Shown: positions 1 through 12,169, counted from the first letter of the stretch. The stretch: 64,000 nucleotides of DNA from Antedon mediterranea (GCF_964355755.1 NC_092674.1:22940001-23004000), one strand, 5' to 3'. The notes: generated from the sequence alone by a model not told the origin. Numbers and translations: made by a program.

Positions 1-330
1 TTGCTTGTGTGCACTTTAAAGGAAACAGTTCATCAATCAAGTAGGGTGTTATCCAAGTGAACTGATTCACAAAAGAACCCCTGTGTCAGGGGGATTATTA
101 CCTATCTGATAGTTGTAGTAGACAGTGATTAATTTACTATTGGTACTCCTTGGTCAAATCTGCCTAAAGGCACATACAAAAATGGTGTACCGCAAACTTG
201 AATTTTTTTATTATTTTATGTATAATTTACTATTTTAATTTTTTTTACGTGTAATTTAGGTAAGCTTGACATTCAATCCTTTAAAAAAAAGGTTTTTATA
301 ATAAAATTTATAATTTAATTTGCTTTACAG

Positions 331-413
331 ATTTATCGACTGTAATGATCAAAATGAATGAGACATTTATTGCATTGGCTGCAAAACTACAAACTGTACA
401 CGAAGCTGTTAAG
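331..413 (+). CDS. NUP58: Nucleoporin NUP58 (p58/p45), internal coding exon (coiled-coil region); gene starts upstream of the window
   Basis: tttacag| acceptor and AAG|gtatg donor. Reads (D)LSTVMIKMNETFIALAAKLQTVHEAVK, resembling vertebrate NUP58 DLSMAMQKIYQTFVALAAQLQSIHENVK (recalled). Confidence 0.88.
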
Positions 414-1113
414 GTATGCATAGCACAAGTATACACATAAGTATATTAGAATCTTGTTGAGTGTGAATATACAAAATAAGATCACATTATATTCTGTATT
501 AATATACCACACCTGTGTGTATCCTTTAAAAGTAATAGTTCTATTAAATGGTACTTTTAAAATGTAGATTTTTCTGAAAATGTATAAAATTTTGTGCTGA
601 GCGAGACTATTCAATGTTACTTGTTTTAAAATCAATCTGTAGTGTGCATCATCTGAGACTGTACTGATAGCGGCCAAGAGCAGGTTATTGTATAGTATAA
701 TATACTGAGATTGGAACTAGGCACAGCTGTTTTGAGCGCCAGACAAAACAGTAGTTGAAGAAATGAATATAAGGTTTTAGAGAGAAATCTTAGTGCAATA
801 TGAATGGCCTAAATTCCACACCTTGACTTCATCAATGTATTTATTTATTCTTTATACTGGGTACCTCTTCAGATTTAAAATACTGTAACAGCAGTTAATT
901 AATTGAATGAAAGTTACTTTGGAACAGTAGGTGTTTGGAAATAAATGTTTATTTGAATATTTTCTTTAATTGGCAGCGTGACTATAATTTAAGTCGCCTT
1001 ATTCTTAGAATCACAGGCATCATTTTGAAAGAAAGTTATGCAACATATAGGCTTACACTATATCCCAAGGGAATAAAATTGAGTCATAAATCACCATATT
1101 ACTAATTTTTTAG

Positions 1114-1312
1114 ACACAGAAAGAGCAATATTTAAACTACAGGCGTGTATACCATGGAGAAACGCAGGACATATTTGAAACGAGACGGAAACAAGCTGAT
1201 AAACGTGGCAAGATACCTGTAGTGCCCAGTGGTCCTGGTCCATTTGATAACATCTCAAATGCCACAGCCATTGCAATGGCCGCTGCTATGCAGTCGGCTC
1301 AAAAACCTGCAG
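1114..1312 (+). CDS. NUP58: NUP58 coding exon
   Basis: ttttag| ... G|gtaag. TQKEQYLNYRRVYHGETQDIFETRRKQADK...GPGPFDNISNATAIAMAAAMQ matches the NUP58 motifs KEQYL.YR, FETRR and GP.PF...NA.A.AMAA. Phase 0 continues the previous exon. Confidence 0.9.
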
Positions 1313-1672
1313 GTAAGCATCATTTTTTTAGATTCACATAGAATCTCTATCTATCCTGAGTGGAAACCGCTCGTTCACTCTGCGTTTTGTGTAATTGGTC
1401 ATAAGAAATATTATAGATTGTATATATTTATTAAAGTTACCGCTCATCTGTGTAAATTGGCCTTTATATACAGATTCTTTCAACAAGTAATCACTTTGCG
1501 TTCAGTTAATGTAATGATTTGGAGTAGCATGTGAGAGGTTTGAAATCGTTGCTATCCTAATACTAGGCTAGATTCTCTACTCCCATTGGACTGTGTACAT
1601 AACTACGTTAAATAGCATGGTATAATATCATTTTAAAACAGCAGAATTTCATCAGACCCTGCACAGTTACAT

Positions 1673-1893
1673 TGACCCCATTTACACATACGATTTGGGT
1701 CAGCCATGGGTCGCCAATTGGTAAGTGCAGATCTGGACCACCTCTGAAGTAGGTCCAGGAGTGGCTTTTACGTTTGGGCCGACTTATGAACTAAACCGTG
1801 ACCACTGTCTTAAGAAAATTAATCTTCAGGCCGTCATTTGGACACGAGTGTAAACACGCTGGATCGGACTCAATTGTAAGTGTAATGGGGTCA
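1673..1893. mobile_element. MITE, about 220 bp, PIF/Harbinger-like ends
   Basis: Imperfect TIRs tgaccccatttacacatacgatt / aattgtaagtgtaatggggtca; no coding capacity; TSD unclear. Confidence 0.6.
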
Positions 1894-2144
1894 TAGAGAG
1901 CGTAATCCAAATTTAAAGTTAAACCAAGGATCCAAAATGCTGATCTTGACATAATTATTGAATGATGAATGAGAGAGTCTGGTTACCAGAGGTTAGCACA
2001 TACTCTGGTACTAATTGAATATGTATTATTTCTAGAGCTAGACTTACTTTATATTTGTCAACAAATACGGATTTTGATTGAACTCAACAGAGGTAAAGTT
2101 GGTGTGCTCTGTAAATTAAATTATTTTTATATCCAATTACATTC

Positions 2145-4169
2145 CAGGGCCGTAGCCAGGATCTGTCAAGGGGGGGTTCGGACACTAAATATTTGGGTCA
2201 ACCCCCCCCCCCCCTCCCTCAGCCTGATGCGAAGCGAATTTTGTTAAATGACACCCCTAGATGGCCGGAAAAGACACTCTCGTGCAGCATGCTATATAAC
2301 CAATGAGCAAAAAGATCGTACTTTTTTCTTCCTCCTCAAACACGTCGATAATTTAAATGACGATAACTATTTGTTGCCGTATGTTAGATGCGCGTGCTCT
2401 GTGCGGAACCGCCGATTGTTTGATCATTTACTCCGTATTTTGTTTTGCGTTCAAGTTCAATGCGAACGTATATCTAGGAGCAGCCCCGAAAAAAGCACAC
2501 TGGGTGAAAGCAAATGCTATTTGCTAGCTCTATCTATAATATTTATTTACAGCAATTTGTAGTCTGGGTTCCAGACGGAGTTTTGTCTTAATATTAGTTA
2601 AAAGATAAATATTTTGGCACAGATGGCGTTTCATACGTATACTACTTGATTTTGGATACTCCGTCTGGGGAAACACGCACGTGGTTTGACACCAAGAATT
2701 CTTGGTGCATACGATTATCCGGTTGACTAGTTTCAGCTGCATGCGATTGGCTACTCACTCGTACAATGTGTAAATATTCATATTTCAGAATTTCAAAGAC
2801 TCAACAACTAAGATGATGCGCATGCGCTATGTTACGTTTAGACAATGTGTACTTGGGTACATTATGAAAGTTCTGAAGGCTAGAAATTATTTTATATGCC
2901 TAGTAGTCTGGTAAACATTTGATGGGATCTTTGAAACATGAAAACTCGTCTTGATATATGATAGGCTAGCTTCTCCGCAAATCAAACATTGAATGGATCA
3001 TTTATTACGCGGAGATAATTTTGATTTAATTCCCACCGAGACCCTGTCCTGTTCTGTGTGGTGGTGTAGCCCTGTTGTGTGCCGGTGGTATGGATATGTA
3101 TGTAGGCCTACTTCATTGGCGTTTTATTTGGCAGGTCATACGTGCGAGTTGAGTAGGACCTACGAAAGAGGCCTAGCCAAGGACTAAACAATTAATAAAC
3201 AAAACAACTTGGCATTACTATTTTATATTTCAACAGTCTCGATCGTACATTAAGCACTGGTAGGCCTACGTACTCGATCTCTTTCATTTTGAAACAAAAT
3301 GATCATTGGTTGATTCGAAATCCATATTTACATACCGCCCGCCCCATATAGCCAAATACGGTATGATAACCTACGTCATTCTTATCGTATGTTTGCGGTC
3401 TGCAAATCGATTTCTATACGTGTTTCACAAGTCTGTATTTTCAGACAAAAATCGCGGTCGAAATAAAAACAAATAAATAAAAAAAAAAGATAATACAGAC
3501 TTGGGGCAAGTCTAAGCAATTTGTTGAGGAATATAAATATGTAAATAGGTGATATTGATACATTTTAGTACGTATCGGCTGGTAGTCTAGAAAAAAATAA
3601 TCGGATGCCATAATGTGAACTACAGTACTTGATACCATAGATATTATAGTGTAAAATATTAATATTCACTATAATCCTCTATGATACATTATACTTCATA
3701 GTCACACATAAATACTGATGTACGTCGGAAGGCTATATACTTTATGCATGCTGCCTGACTGCCAGTGATCTAAACAATTATAGGTAAGCAGTTGTCTGGC
3801 GGTGTCCTTTGTACGAATCGTTCGTGCGCCAGCTCGCTATGAGACGCGTCAATATCATGTTACATGCAGGGACCAAACATTTATTTTTCAGGTTAAAATC
3901 GGCAATTCATTTGCAGCTTTTAGAAATTTACAGACACGTCGTATCACTAGTTGACGCTCATACAGAGAAGAAGGTTCACGAACAAGTTTACGAATTTTTC
4001 AATTTACAAACAACTTTTTGTACTGTGGGGCACGTATTTGGAGGATTTTTGGAGATGACGGTGAGGTATTGGGCATGTCGGGGATGGGGGTTCGCAGTTG
4101 GTTAAGGGGGATTCGCTGTAAAGGGGGGGTTCGCCCGAACCATAAAAACCCCCCCTGGCTACGGGCCTG
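2145..4169 (+). mobile_element. Defective hAT-like DNA transposon (2.0 kb) in a NUP58 intron
   Basis: TIRs cagggccgtagccagg / cctggctacgggcctg, G/C-run subterminal tracts and a direct 5-bp flank cattc on both sides. Possible hAT dimerisation-domain remnant near 3810-4000. Confidence 0.72.
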
Positions 4170-4405
4170 CATTCTTTCCTGATACAATCACTTCTCTTTC
4201 TTCCAAATGCTTCATCCAATATTGCTGATTAGCCATTTTGCAAATTTGCTGTTACAGTTTGGCTACATGGTTTTTTTTTTCTGGATTGGGTTTATGGAAT
4301 GGGCTTGATGATGTTTCTATTTCTACAAATGCTTAAAATGCTAAAAATTTGATTTACATTATGGTACATTATCTATTTTTCTTGACTGGTTTTTTTTTGT
4401 CTACG

Positions 4406-4553
4406 GGTCTCAATCTTTCCACTAGATTGTAGCCTTGAACAAATCAATTAACCTTGGATTAGACTAGATTGTGTAATTTCGCTTGGTGGTAGCCCAAGTG
4501 TTTGATCAACGTTAACCGGATTTACAGGCTTTGAAAGTTCTGCGTAGGAAAAA
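4406..4553 (+). pseudogene. Decayed duplicate (pseudo-exon) of the 3' part of the NUP58 FG exon
   Basis: Aligns by eye with 5359-5485 (ggtctcaatctt...aaccggatttacaggctttg.aagttctgcg); has in-frame TAG stops and has lost the splice donor. Confidence 0.8.
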
Positions 4554-4999
4554 ATACTTTTTTACAATCTCATTCTTTCTCCAACCACATTATATCATGT
4601 GATACAATGATACACAGTATCAATAGTCTCTTTCTTCTTCTTTCAAGTGCTTTTAAAAATTGCTACTACGCTTTTAAACCAGTATTGTGGAAATTTTGTC
4701 AGATGTGCCATTGACAATTTTTTTCTCTCATTTCTCTTTTTTTTTTTTCTTTTTTTTTTATATTTTTTAGTAATGAATTGTCTCTTAAGACTTCCTGACC
4801 ATTTGTCCTTGGTTTTTCTTCCTGTTTTATGCTTAAACGCTTGAAAGGGAGTGGAGTTGTAGCATTGGCGGCAGTCAACGCCACTCTCTTGGCAATCTTC
4901 CTTAGATAAGAATAGAACGGAGAATGTAATATCATTTTGCAATTCATTATTACTGCATTTATTACTTTATTTATAAAATAACTGTTTGACTAATCACAG

Positions 5000-5476
5000 G
5001 TCTTTCAACTGCAGGCTTAGGATTTGGCTTTGGAACTGGAGCACCTACAGGTACAGCAAATACTGGTTTTGGTACTGGAGGAGGATTATTTGGCAACCAA
5101 AATACAGGCCTAGGAACTGGCGGCCTAGCTACAGGAGGAATCAGACCACTTGGAACTCAAACAACCGGTGGTTTTGCAACCAGTTTTGGAACTGCAGCTA
5201 AAACTGGATTTGGTAATACCGGTAGCACATTTGGTACAGGTTTCGGTTCCACCACCGGCTTTGGCAAACCAACCGGTACAGGGTTCGGTTCCACCACCGG
5301 CTTTGGCAAACCAACCGGTACAACGTTTGGTTCTACAGGTACGTCATTTGGTACATCTGGTCTCAATCTTGGCACTGGATTGCAGTCTTCTAACAAACCA
5401 ACTAACCTTTCTCTTGGCGGTAGCCTGAGCGCCGGACCGACGTCAACCGGATTTACAGGCTTTGGAAGTTCTGCGG
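5000..5476 (+). CDS. NUP58: NUP58 C-terminal FG-repeat exon
   Basis: aatcacag| ... GCG G|gtaaa, phase 1 to phase 1. Open frame GLSTAGLGFGFGTGAPTG...GGGLFGNQN...TSFGTAAKTGFGNTGSTFGTGFGSTTGFGKP...GFTGFGSSA. An alternative in-frame acceptor at 5015 is possible. Confidence 0.85.
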
Positions 5477-5738
5477 GTAAAAAACGAGGATTTTAACACA
5501 TACAGTATGGCTGCCTCGTCTTTTTGTGATGTTTATTGTGTATTAATGTTTAGTGCATGTCTGTAGATTATTGATATCATGTTTGTATGTGCATCTTAAT
5601 AAGCACAATGTCATGCACCATATCTATTTAAAAAAGTGTTGATATGCACTACTATATCCTCAAATATTATGCTTGTGCTAAACAAAATAGTTTCAAAGCA
5701 TATTAGAGCAAGGGTTGCATATTCGAACGGCGTGTAGC

Positions 5739-5911
5739 TAGGAAGCTTTTCACTTACGATGACCTTAGACGTACGCATATTTTGTCGTTAATTTTCACAA
5801 AGACCTAGAATCCACTAAAACTGTGTCATGGCATCCTTTGAGGGTGAACATCGCATGTACATAATAATTTAACATGATGTAACAAAGTCGTCGTAAGTCG
5901 AAAGCTCTCTA
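5739..5911. mobile_element. Short TA-ended MITE
   Basis: Imperfect TIRs taggaagcttttcacttacgatgac / gtcgtcgtaagtcgaaagctctcta; ends resemble the element at 11885-12169. Confidence 0.55.
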
Positions 5912-8010
5912 CTATTGTTAATCTAGATGACTTTCATAAATCATGAGAAAACGATACTGAAATGGATCATAGAAAACCAACAAATAGAAAAGCTCTTGTA
6001 AAAGCCAGCCTCAGGGTGGTCTTATTCGAAAAGTTAAATTGTAATCATTTATGTATGAGAAGGTGTTATTTAGACAGCATGCTTATTGAGTGAAAACTGT
6101 ATTTAAACATCTTTATTCATAAAATACTAACATAAATTTTCTGGCCTGTAATTCATTCTTCTTTATTTTTTCAATAGGTTTATAAATTAACGTCATACTT
6201 TCACACAAACACCATTTATTGTTAATTACCCTGCTCTTTTCTAAATTACCAACATTTATATATGTTTGTCGATAATACCAAAATGAAGATATCATTCTTT
6301 TATAAAACATCATTTGTAGTTTAATATTGCTATTTATCAATTGTTATTTTCTGTTTTGCATATGGTCTTTATTGTGGATAATGCATTTCATTCTCTTAAT
6401 ATAATACTTACAGTAATTGTCACTTTCTGTTTAAATTAGTGTTCATTTTGACAATCATTAACACTGTATTCATTTTGCATTGAAAATATATAGCAATTAC
6501 ATATCACATGTGACATAGAGAGAGCACACAGTGAGTTTATCCTATCTACAGTATTAGACTACTAAATATTTCACCTTTGCAAAATGTAATCGTTAAGAAT
6601 TACATAAAAAATATTAGATAATATACAGTGAAGTATTAAAGGAAAATGGGCATAATTATTCTTGTCTTGTTTAAGCTATATGTATGCCAAATTTTAATAA
6701 AATTGTATGCATTTGACACTATAACCGATGTAGTTGACACTTTAAAAATCTAACACCAATAAGTTGGCGTTTTAGAGTGTATTGGTACCTCAAGTCTGTT
6801 TTCCACTAGACTAAATTAATTCATTCAATCCAGTGCTTTCACAAAGAATCAGAAGGATTGTAAAGACGGAAATACTGAATTCACATGCACATAATCTGAA
6901 ATATTTAATTTGTGCAAATACTCTAGTGGAAAATGGGAAATTTTTGAGTAGTTGTATTTTGAAAACTATTTTGTACCCACTAACACTGTCCCTTGGCATG
7001 TTTGTGAAACAAATAAATAAATGCATCCATCATTTCTATTGTTTTGAATCATTTCTGTGACATTGTACGCTTTTTATTATTGTGTCTAATTGGTGATGCC
7101 TGATGAATAAATTAATACTCGTGTAGTAAATGTGATAATCATTTATAATAACTGTGGTCCAATCACAGACCTTTTCATGCATCACTGATTTGTCACCTGC
7201 ACTTTCGCAAGAATGTAGAAACAAATTTTACAAAGACACTTTTTTTTAAATAAAATGTTAGCAAACAAGTTTTCCTATACACTTGTCCTGTTGCAATGTT
7301 TTGTGCAATATTTATACGATTTTCAACTGGGAGATTATTTAACTTTTCAATCACTGTGTGGGGTTGGTGTGTGTGCCTGTATGTATAAATATATATATTT
7401 TTTAATTGCTGTGTTTATTAGCAGTATTGCTGGACAAACATTGTGTGATTTATTTATGTTAATATGAATCGATGTCAAGTTTTCTTCTACTCCGTTTTTT
7501 TAGCAACCTTCCAGTTTTAGAGACTTTAACTCCAAAATGTAAGTTGCAGATGATGTGATTCAAAATTTAAAACTATAAATAGTTAACTTTTTTTTCAAAT
7601 TTAGCTAACAACAAAAATATAGATATTATTATAATTTACGTTTAAACAATAGTATTAATATTGATAAGACTAAGTGATTTTTAAAATAATGAATGAAAGA
7701 TTTTGAATGCTTGTATGATATCTAAATAGTATTTAATTGTTTACAATTGGTCTTTGGATTTTACATTAATTGCGAGAATGAATTTGATGTTGAACAAAAT
7801 AATACTTCCTTTTATTGTGACGACTATAAACTATTTTTTTTTAATCTGAACTGATTTTATATTATAACTAAATTATAGCATGTTCGCATGTAAAATTAAG
7901 TTATGAAAGAACAAGTAACAAGATTTTAACTTATCACTGTGACAAGTTCGATATCAACATCTCTTCTACTTTACTATTAATGTAGTAAAACAAACTACTA
8001 CTAAATACTA

Positions 8011-8241
8011 CAGGTGCATGTGCACGAAATTTGTGATGTCATGGGTGGCGGGAAGGGGATAATCTTAACCTAACACCAGGTCTAATATTTTATATGTGTG
8101 TGTTTGGCCAGCTGTAATAATTATGGATAAACATCACACCAAACCACCACCCCCTTTTCCAACACCAGTCCTTCCACAACACCAGTCCCTCCCCTTTCCC
8201 TACACTATATCTATTCCCACCCACCCCTATACATGCAACTG
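8011..8241. mobile_element. hAT-like MITE
   Basis: TIRs caggtgcatgt / acatgcaactg with the direct repeat aatacta on both flanks; C-rich right subterminal region. Confidence 0.55.
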
Positions 8242-8418
8242 AATACTATACTGCTGTTTATGCTATTAATTATTTCTACTCCTATTAATATATCATAAAT
8301 AATCATATTTAGTAAATATGAAATATATTATATACTATTGAGGGAAACAATTTGCCATGGGTTTATGTTTGAGTCACCCTGAGCTACTGTATTTTGTAGA
8401 CTCAACTATTACTGCTAA

Positions 8419-8576
8419 AGCTTGGTTCCCACTAGACGCAACGCAAGGAGGTAAGCCGCAATGCAAACGAATTGACCAATCACAAGTGACAGTAGGACGA
8501 AACCATTGCTTGTAATTGGTCATTTGCTTGCACTGCGGATTTCGTCCTTGCGTTGCGTCCTAGTGGGAACCAAGCT
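8419..8576. mobile_element. Palindromic MITE, family A copy 1 (PIF/Harbinger-like)
   Basis: Near-complete fold-back agcttggttcccactagacgcaacgcaagga ... tccttgcgttgcgtcctagtgggaaccaagct with taa/tta flanks. Related copies at 14226, about 26060 and 58395. Confidence 0.85.
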
Positions 8577-8990
8577 TTAGAACCAGTTACCTTATTGGTA
8601 CACAGTGCATTGAGAGCTTGCTTATTACTATTAATCACCATTTGCTGATGTTCATATTTACGCCACCGGAAACAGCATTAAAATTTATAAATTCTGCTAT
8701 CTAAAATTTAACACCACTTATGTGAAATTTGTATGTAGATATATTATGTGCAATACTAATTTAAGGGAAAAAAATAAAAAAATTCTATAGATGGAAAATG
8801 AAAGAATTACTTGTCAAAACAAATAGGAGTTTCTGGTGAACCTCATGGTTTTTAATAAAGAAATGTTCCCTTGTCGTCTTGCCCATTCTCATATTCAGAC
8901 ACCAGTAATCGTAAAACAGTTTATATACGAGTCGGCCTACTTTGTTTTTGTATTTTACCTCTGAACAATTACTGTATTTCATTTAATTAG

Positions 8991-9118
8991 GTGTTGGTGC
9001 ACTGCCTACAGCTGGACTCAACTTAGTAAGTGGTTTTGCTGGCCCAAACATTGGCAACCCACATTTGGTACTTCAAACTCCACCTATCGGGAGTAATAAG
9101 AGAGGGAAAACTAAATGA
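8991..9118 (+). CDS. NUP58: NUP58 terminal coding exon
   Basis: ttaattag| acceptor, phase 1. GVGALPTAGLNLVSGFAGPNIGNPHLVLQTPPIGSNKRGKTK* resembles the conserved NUP58 end (LKKPPAGNKRGKR). TGA at 9116-9118. Confidence 0.88.
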
Positions 9119-9359
9119 GAAAAGTAAGGCGAAAACTGTCAGATGAGGAATGATGGACAAGAGATTCCAGAAGAAAGAAAGAAATATTATAGAAAAAAAG
9201 AATAAGAAGATAGTAATTAAAAAAAACTGTGCTTATGAAAGTTTTATATGGTTTTCTATTAGGTATTATGTACTTCACTCAAGCTTCTCCACTAGCTACT
9301 ATGTATTCACCATGGACCATGGATGTTTTCTGTACTAGATAATATCTTGTACTTCACTG

Positions 9360-9947
9360 CCAGCCATGTATTTCCCATTGAATTTTCTCTACTACCAGTC
9401 ATGTATTTCACATGGAAGTTTCTCCACTAAATACCAGTCATGTATTTAACATGGAAGTTTATCAACTACACTAGACATATGTATTTCACATGGAAGTTTC
9501 TTCACTATACCAGCCATGTATTTAACATGGAAGTTTCTCCACTACCAACCATGTATTTCACATGGAAGTTCCTTCACTACCAACCATGTGTTTCACATGG
9601 AAGTTTCTCCATTAAATACCAGCCATGTATTTAACAAGGAATTTCCTTCACTACCAACCATGTATTTCACATGGAAGTTCCTTCACTACCTACCATGTAT
9701 TTCACATGGAAGTTTCTCCACTACCAGCCATGTATTTCACATGGAAGTTTCTCCATTAAATACCAGTCATGTATTTAACAAGGAAGTTCCTTCACTACCA
9801 ACCATGTATTTCACATGGAAGTTCCTTCACTAACAACAATGTATTCCACATAGAAGTTTCTCCACTATACCAGCCATGTATTTCACATTGAAGTTTCACC
9901 ACTAACAACCATGTATTTCACATGAAAGTTTTTCCACTAGCAACCAA
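9360..9947 (+). repeat. Minisatellite, about 16 units of a 35-bp core (some 37-40 bp)
   Basis: Consensus ccarccatgtatttcacatggaagttyyyycacta repeated head-to-tail, starting about 240 bp after the NUP58 stop. Confidence 0.95.
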
Positions 9948-9990
9948 GCATGGTGGTATACTGGAGGTTAGAGGGAATACAAATAGTGTA

Positions 9991-9993
<3 letters not shown>

Positions 9994-10033
<40 letters not shown>
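9994..10033 (+). repeat. T40 homopolymer
   Basis: 40 consecutive T. Confidence 0.95.
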
Positions 10034-10102
10034 CAAATGGACATTCTATAACTCCCCTTAAGAGTATTGTAATATGACTTTAATATTGAAAAAGTTTATC
10101 AT

Positions 10103-10144
10103 AATAAAATGAGCTATTTGTTGTATTTAGGCATGTAAAATAAA
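10103..10144 (+). terminator. Candidate NUP58 polyadenylation signals
   Basis: First canonical AATAAA hexamers seen after the stop codon (10103-10108 and 10139-10144). An earlier ATTAAA variant lies near 9216. Confidence 0.4.
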
Positions 10145-11884
10145 TTGTCTGCATTGCAACAAACTTTTTAGAGTTATCACTGTGCACATATAAACAAATA
10201 ATGTTGGATCATTGAAAATCACTGACAAGGTTTCCATTATTTTCCAACAGTGGGGGTTTCAGAAATCCATTAAGACAAACCTTGAACAAAATCACCAAAA
10301 CCACAATCCAGAATTTACATAACTGAATAATTTATTCCTGATAAACTGAAATAATTTACATGCATAAAATTATATTGTATATATGTATATTATAATGTTC
10401 CTGTAATATATTTATCTCTAAAAAAATAACATAAATAAATATACCATTACCAATAATGAAATGTTTAGAACTTGAATGTAGAAAATTTTTCATGAGTTGA
10501 AAGAAACTATTCATGGAGGCAGAGCCATGTTAAATAGCCCAGGCTTCCAACAATGAATGCAAATATTTTCTCCATTCAACAACTACAAAACATTATTTGT
10601 TTTATAACACTCACCTACTACTAAAGGAAATGATCTTTAATTGGATGTCAAAGGCTAGGACACGGAAAAATTGCAGCGCTTAGATTTAGAATGCAGAGTA
10701 GAGACATTAAGGACGGGTTTTTGGTCGCATTATTTATAGGAATGTTGCTTGCCACATTTTTTTTTACCAAAAGCTATTCATTAGGGGTGTCTAGAAAACT
10801 AAGACTTAAGATATCTTATAAAGATATATTGTTTAATAGTGGGTTAAAACATTATATATAAGGGGTAATGTATTTGTAATACAATTTTAAGGGCCAGAAT
10901 TGGATTAATCTATTACCACTAAAGGATTTTATTTCTATTGTGTGATGAGATTTTCAGTAAAATTTCAGATCATTAGTACATATTATTCAATGGCACATGT
11001 TCCAAAATCAACCAATCAAATGGCAAGGATATACTAGGTATGTAAAATGAACACTATGTGTATCATATAGTATGTATACACAAATATCAAATGTAGTACA
11101 GTAATGGTTTAACAACTTTTTACACAATTTGTGTTCTGATGTGTTTAATAAAAGCATTTACATTTACATAAAAGAAACGTCGTTTAAATAACATTGATTA
11201 AACTTTGCAATTAGGTCACCCGCTCCCCCTTTCGTCAACAAATGATGTTATTTAACTACTTTACTTTATGATATCTATATTTGACTATTAATATTATTGT
11301 GTTAGAGCTCACCCACTGGACCGCCCCTAGATTAAAGAATTAATATTTTACATTAATACCAACAGTGTAATGCTACTCATTCAACAAATGATTGTCCAAA
11401 AAAATCAACACTCTAAAGAACATTACTGTAAAAAGCGGATTTTACAAATAATAATAAACAATTATTTGGTGATCTTATAAAAAAATATTGTATAATAATC
11501 TTTTAATTACAGAATAATAGTTTTTGGCCAAAAAGAAATTTGGTCTTTGTTTCTTTCTTACAGGTTTAGTAGTCCTTTTTAAATGTAATAATCTATTTCT
11601 TATATATGCCTTTTTAAAAAAAAAAGCTTTTGATCCCAAAGCCAGCCTTTTGCACATGACAGGTTCATTTCAACAGGTTCAGTGTCTACTTATTTTTGTA
11701 TATTATGCTTCTTAGTAAGTTCATCATTTTGCTACACTTTACTTAAGTAAAGTTAAGTTTTTTTTTATTAATTTCGATGTAAAGTACTTTGTCCCTTAAA
11801 TTAAATGCACTTTATAACATTCTGTTTGCATTTTTAGTCTACAAAGCCAATTTGTCTTTAATGAGGTATATTTATTTTTTTTAT

Positions 11885-12169
11885 TAGGGAGCTTTTGATT
11901 TGCGACGACCAACGACCGAATTCATGTTAATTCATTGTGCGCATGCACCCAAATCGGATATTGTGCTCCTCATCTCGACACAGCTTAGTTTTAATCAATG
12001 GCGCAGATCCGTTTTTAATAGTAGGGGGGGGCGTATAAAAATGAAATACTTTGCGAGCAGGATCTGCACCAGTGGTTTTAATAGTTTCTAGGTCCAGACA
12101 ATGACCAACAATACATCAATTGTCCTGACCTAGGTTGGTCATTGGTCTTTGCAGATCAAAAGTTCTCTA
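11885..12169. mobile_element. TA-ended MITE containing a nested insertion
   Basis: TIRs tagggagcttttgatttgcgacgacc / ggtctttgcagatcaaaagttctcta. Confidence 0.7.
11996..12074. mobile_element. 79-bp hAT-like mini-element nested in the MITE above
   Basis: TIRs caatggcgcagatcc / ggatctgcaccagtg; exact 8-bp TSD gttttaat at 11988-11995 and 12075-12082. Confidence 0.78.

Noticed and set aside
4643-4947. Lys-rich minus-strand ORFs suggesting a retrocopy with a poly(A) tail
   Set aside because: The Lys runs come from an intronic T tract; no recognisable protein and no TSD found.
9360-9947. CRISPR-like appearance (35-bp palindromic repeats) and ORFs 9440-9634 and 9516-9833
   Set aside because: The units are contiguous with no unique spacers, there are no cas genes and the context is eukaryotic; the ORFs are just translations of the repeat.
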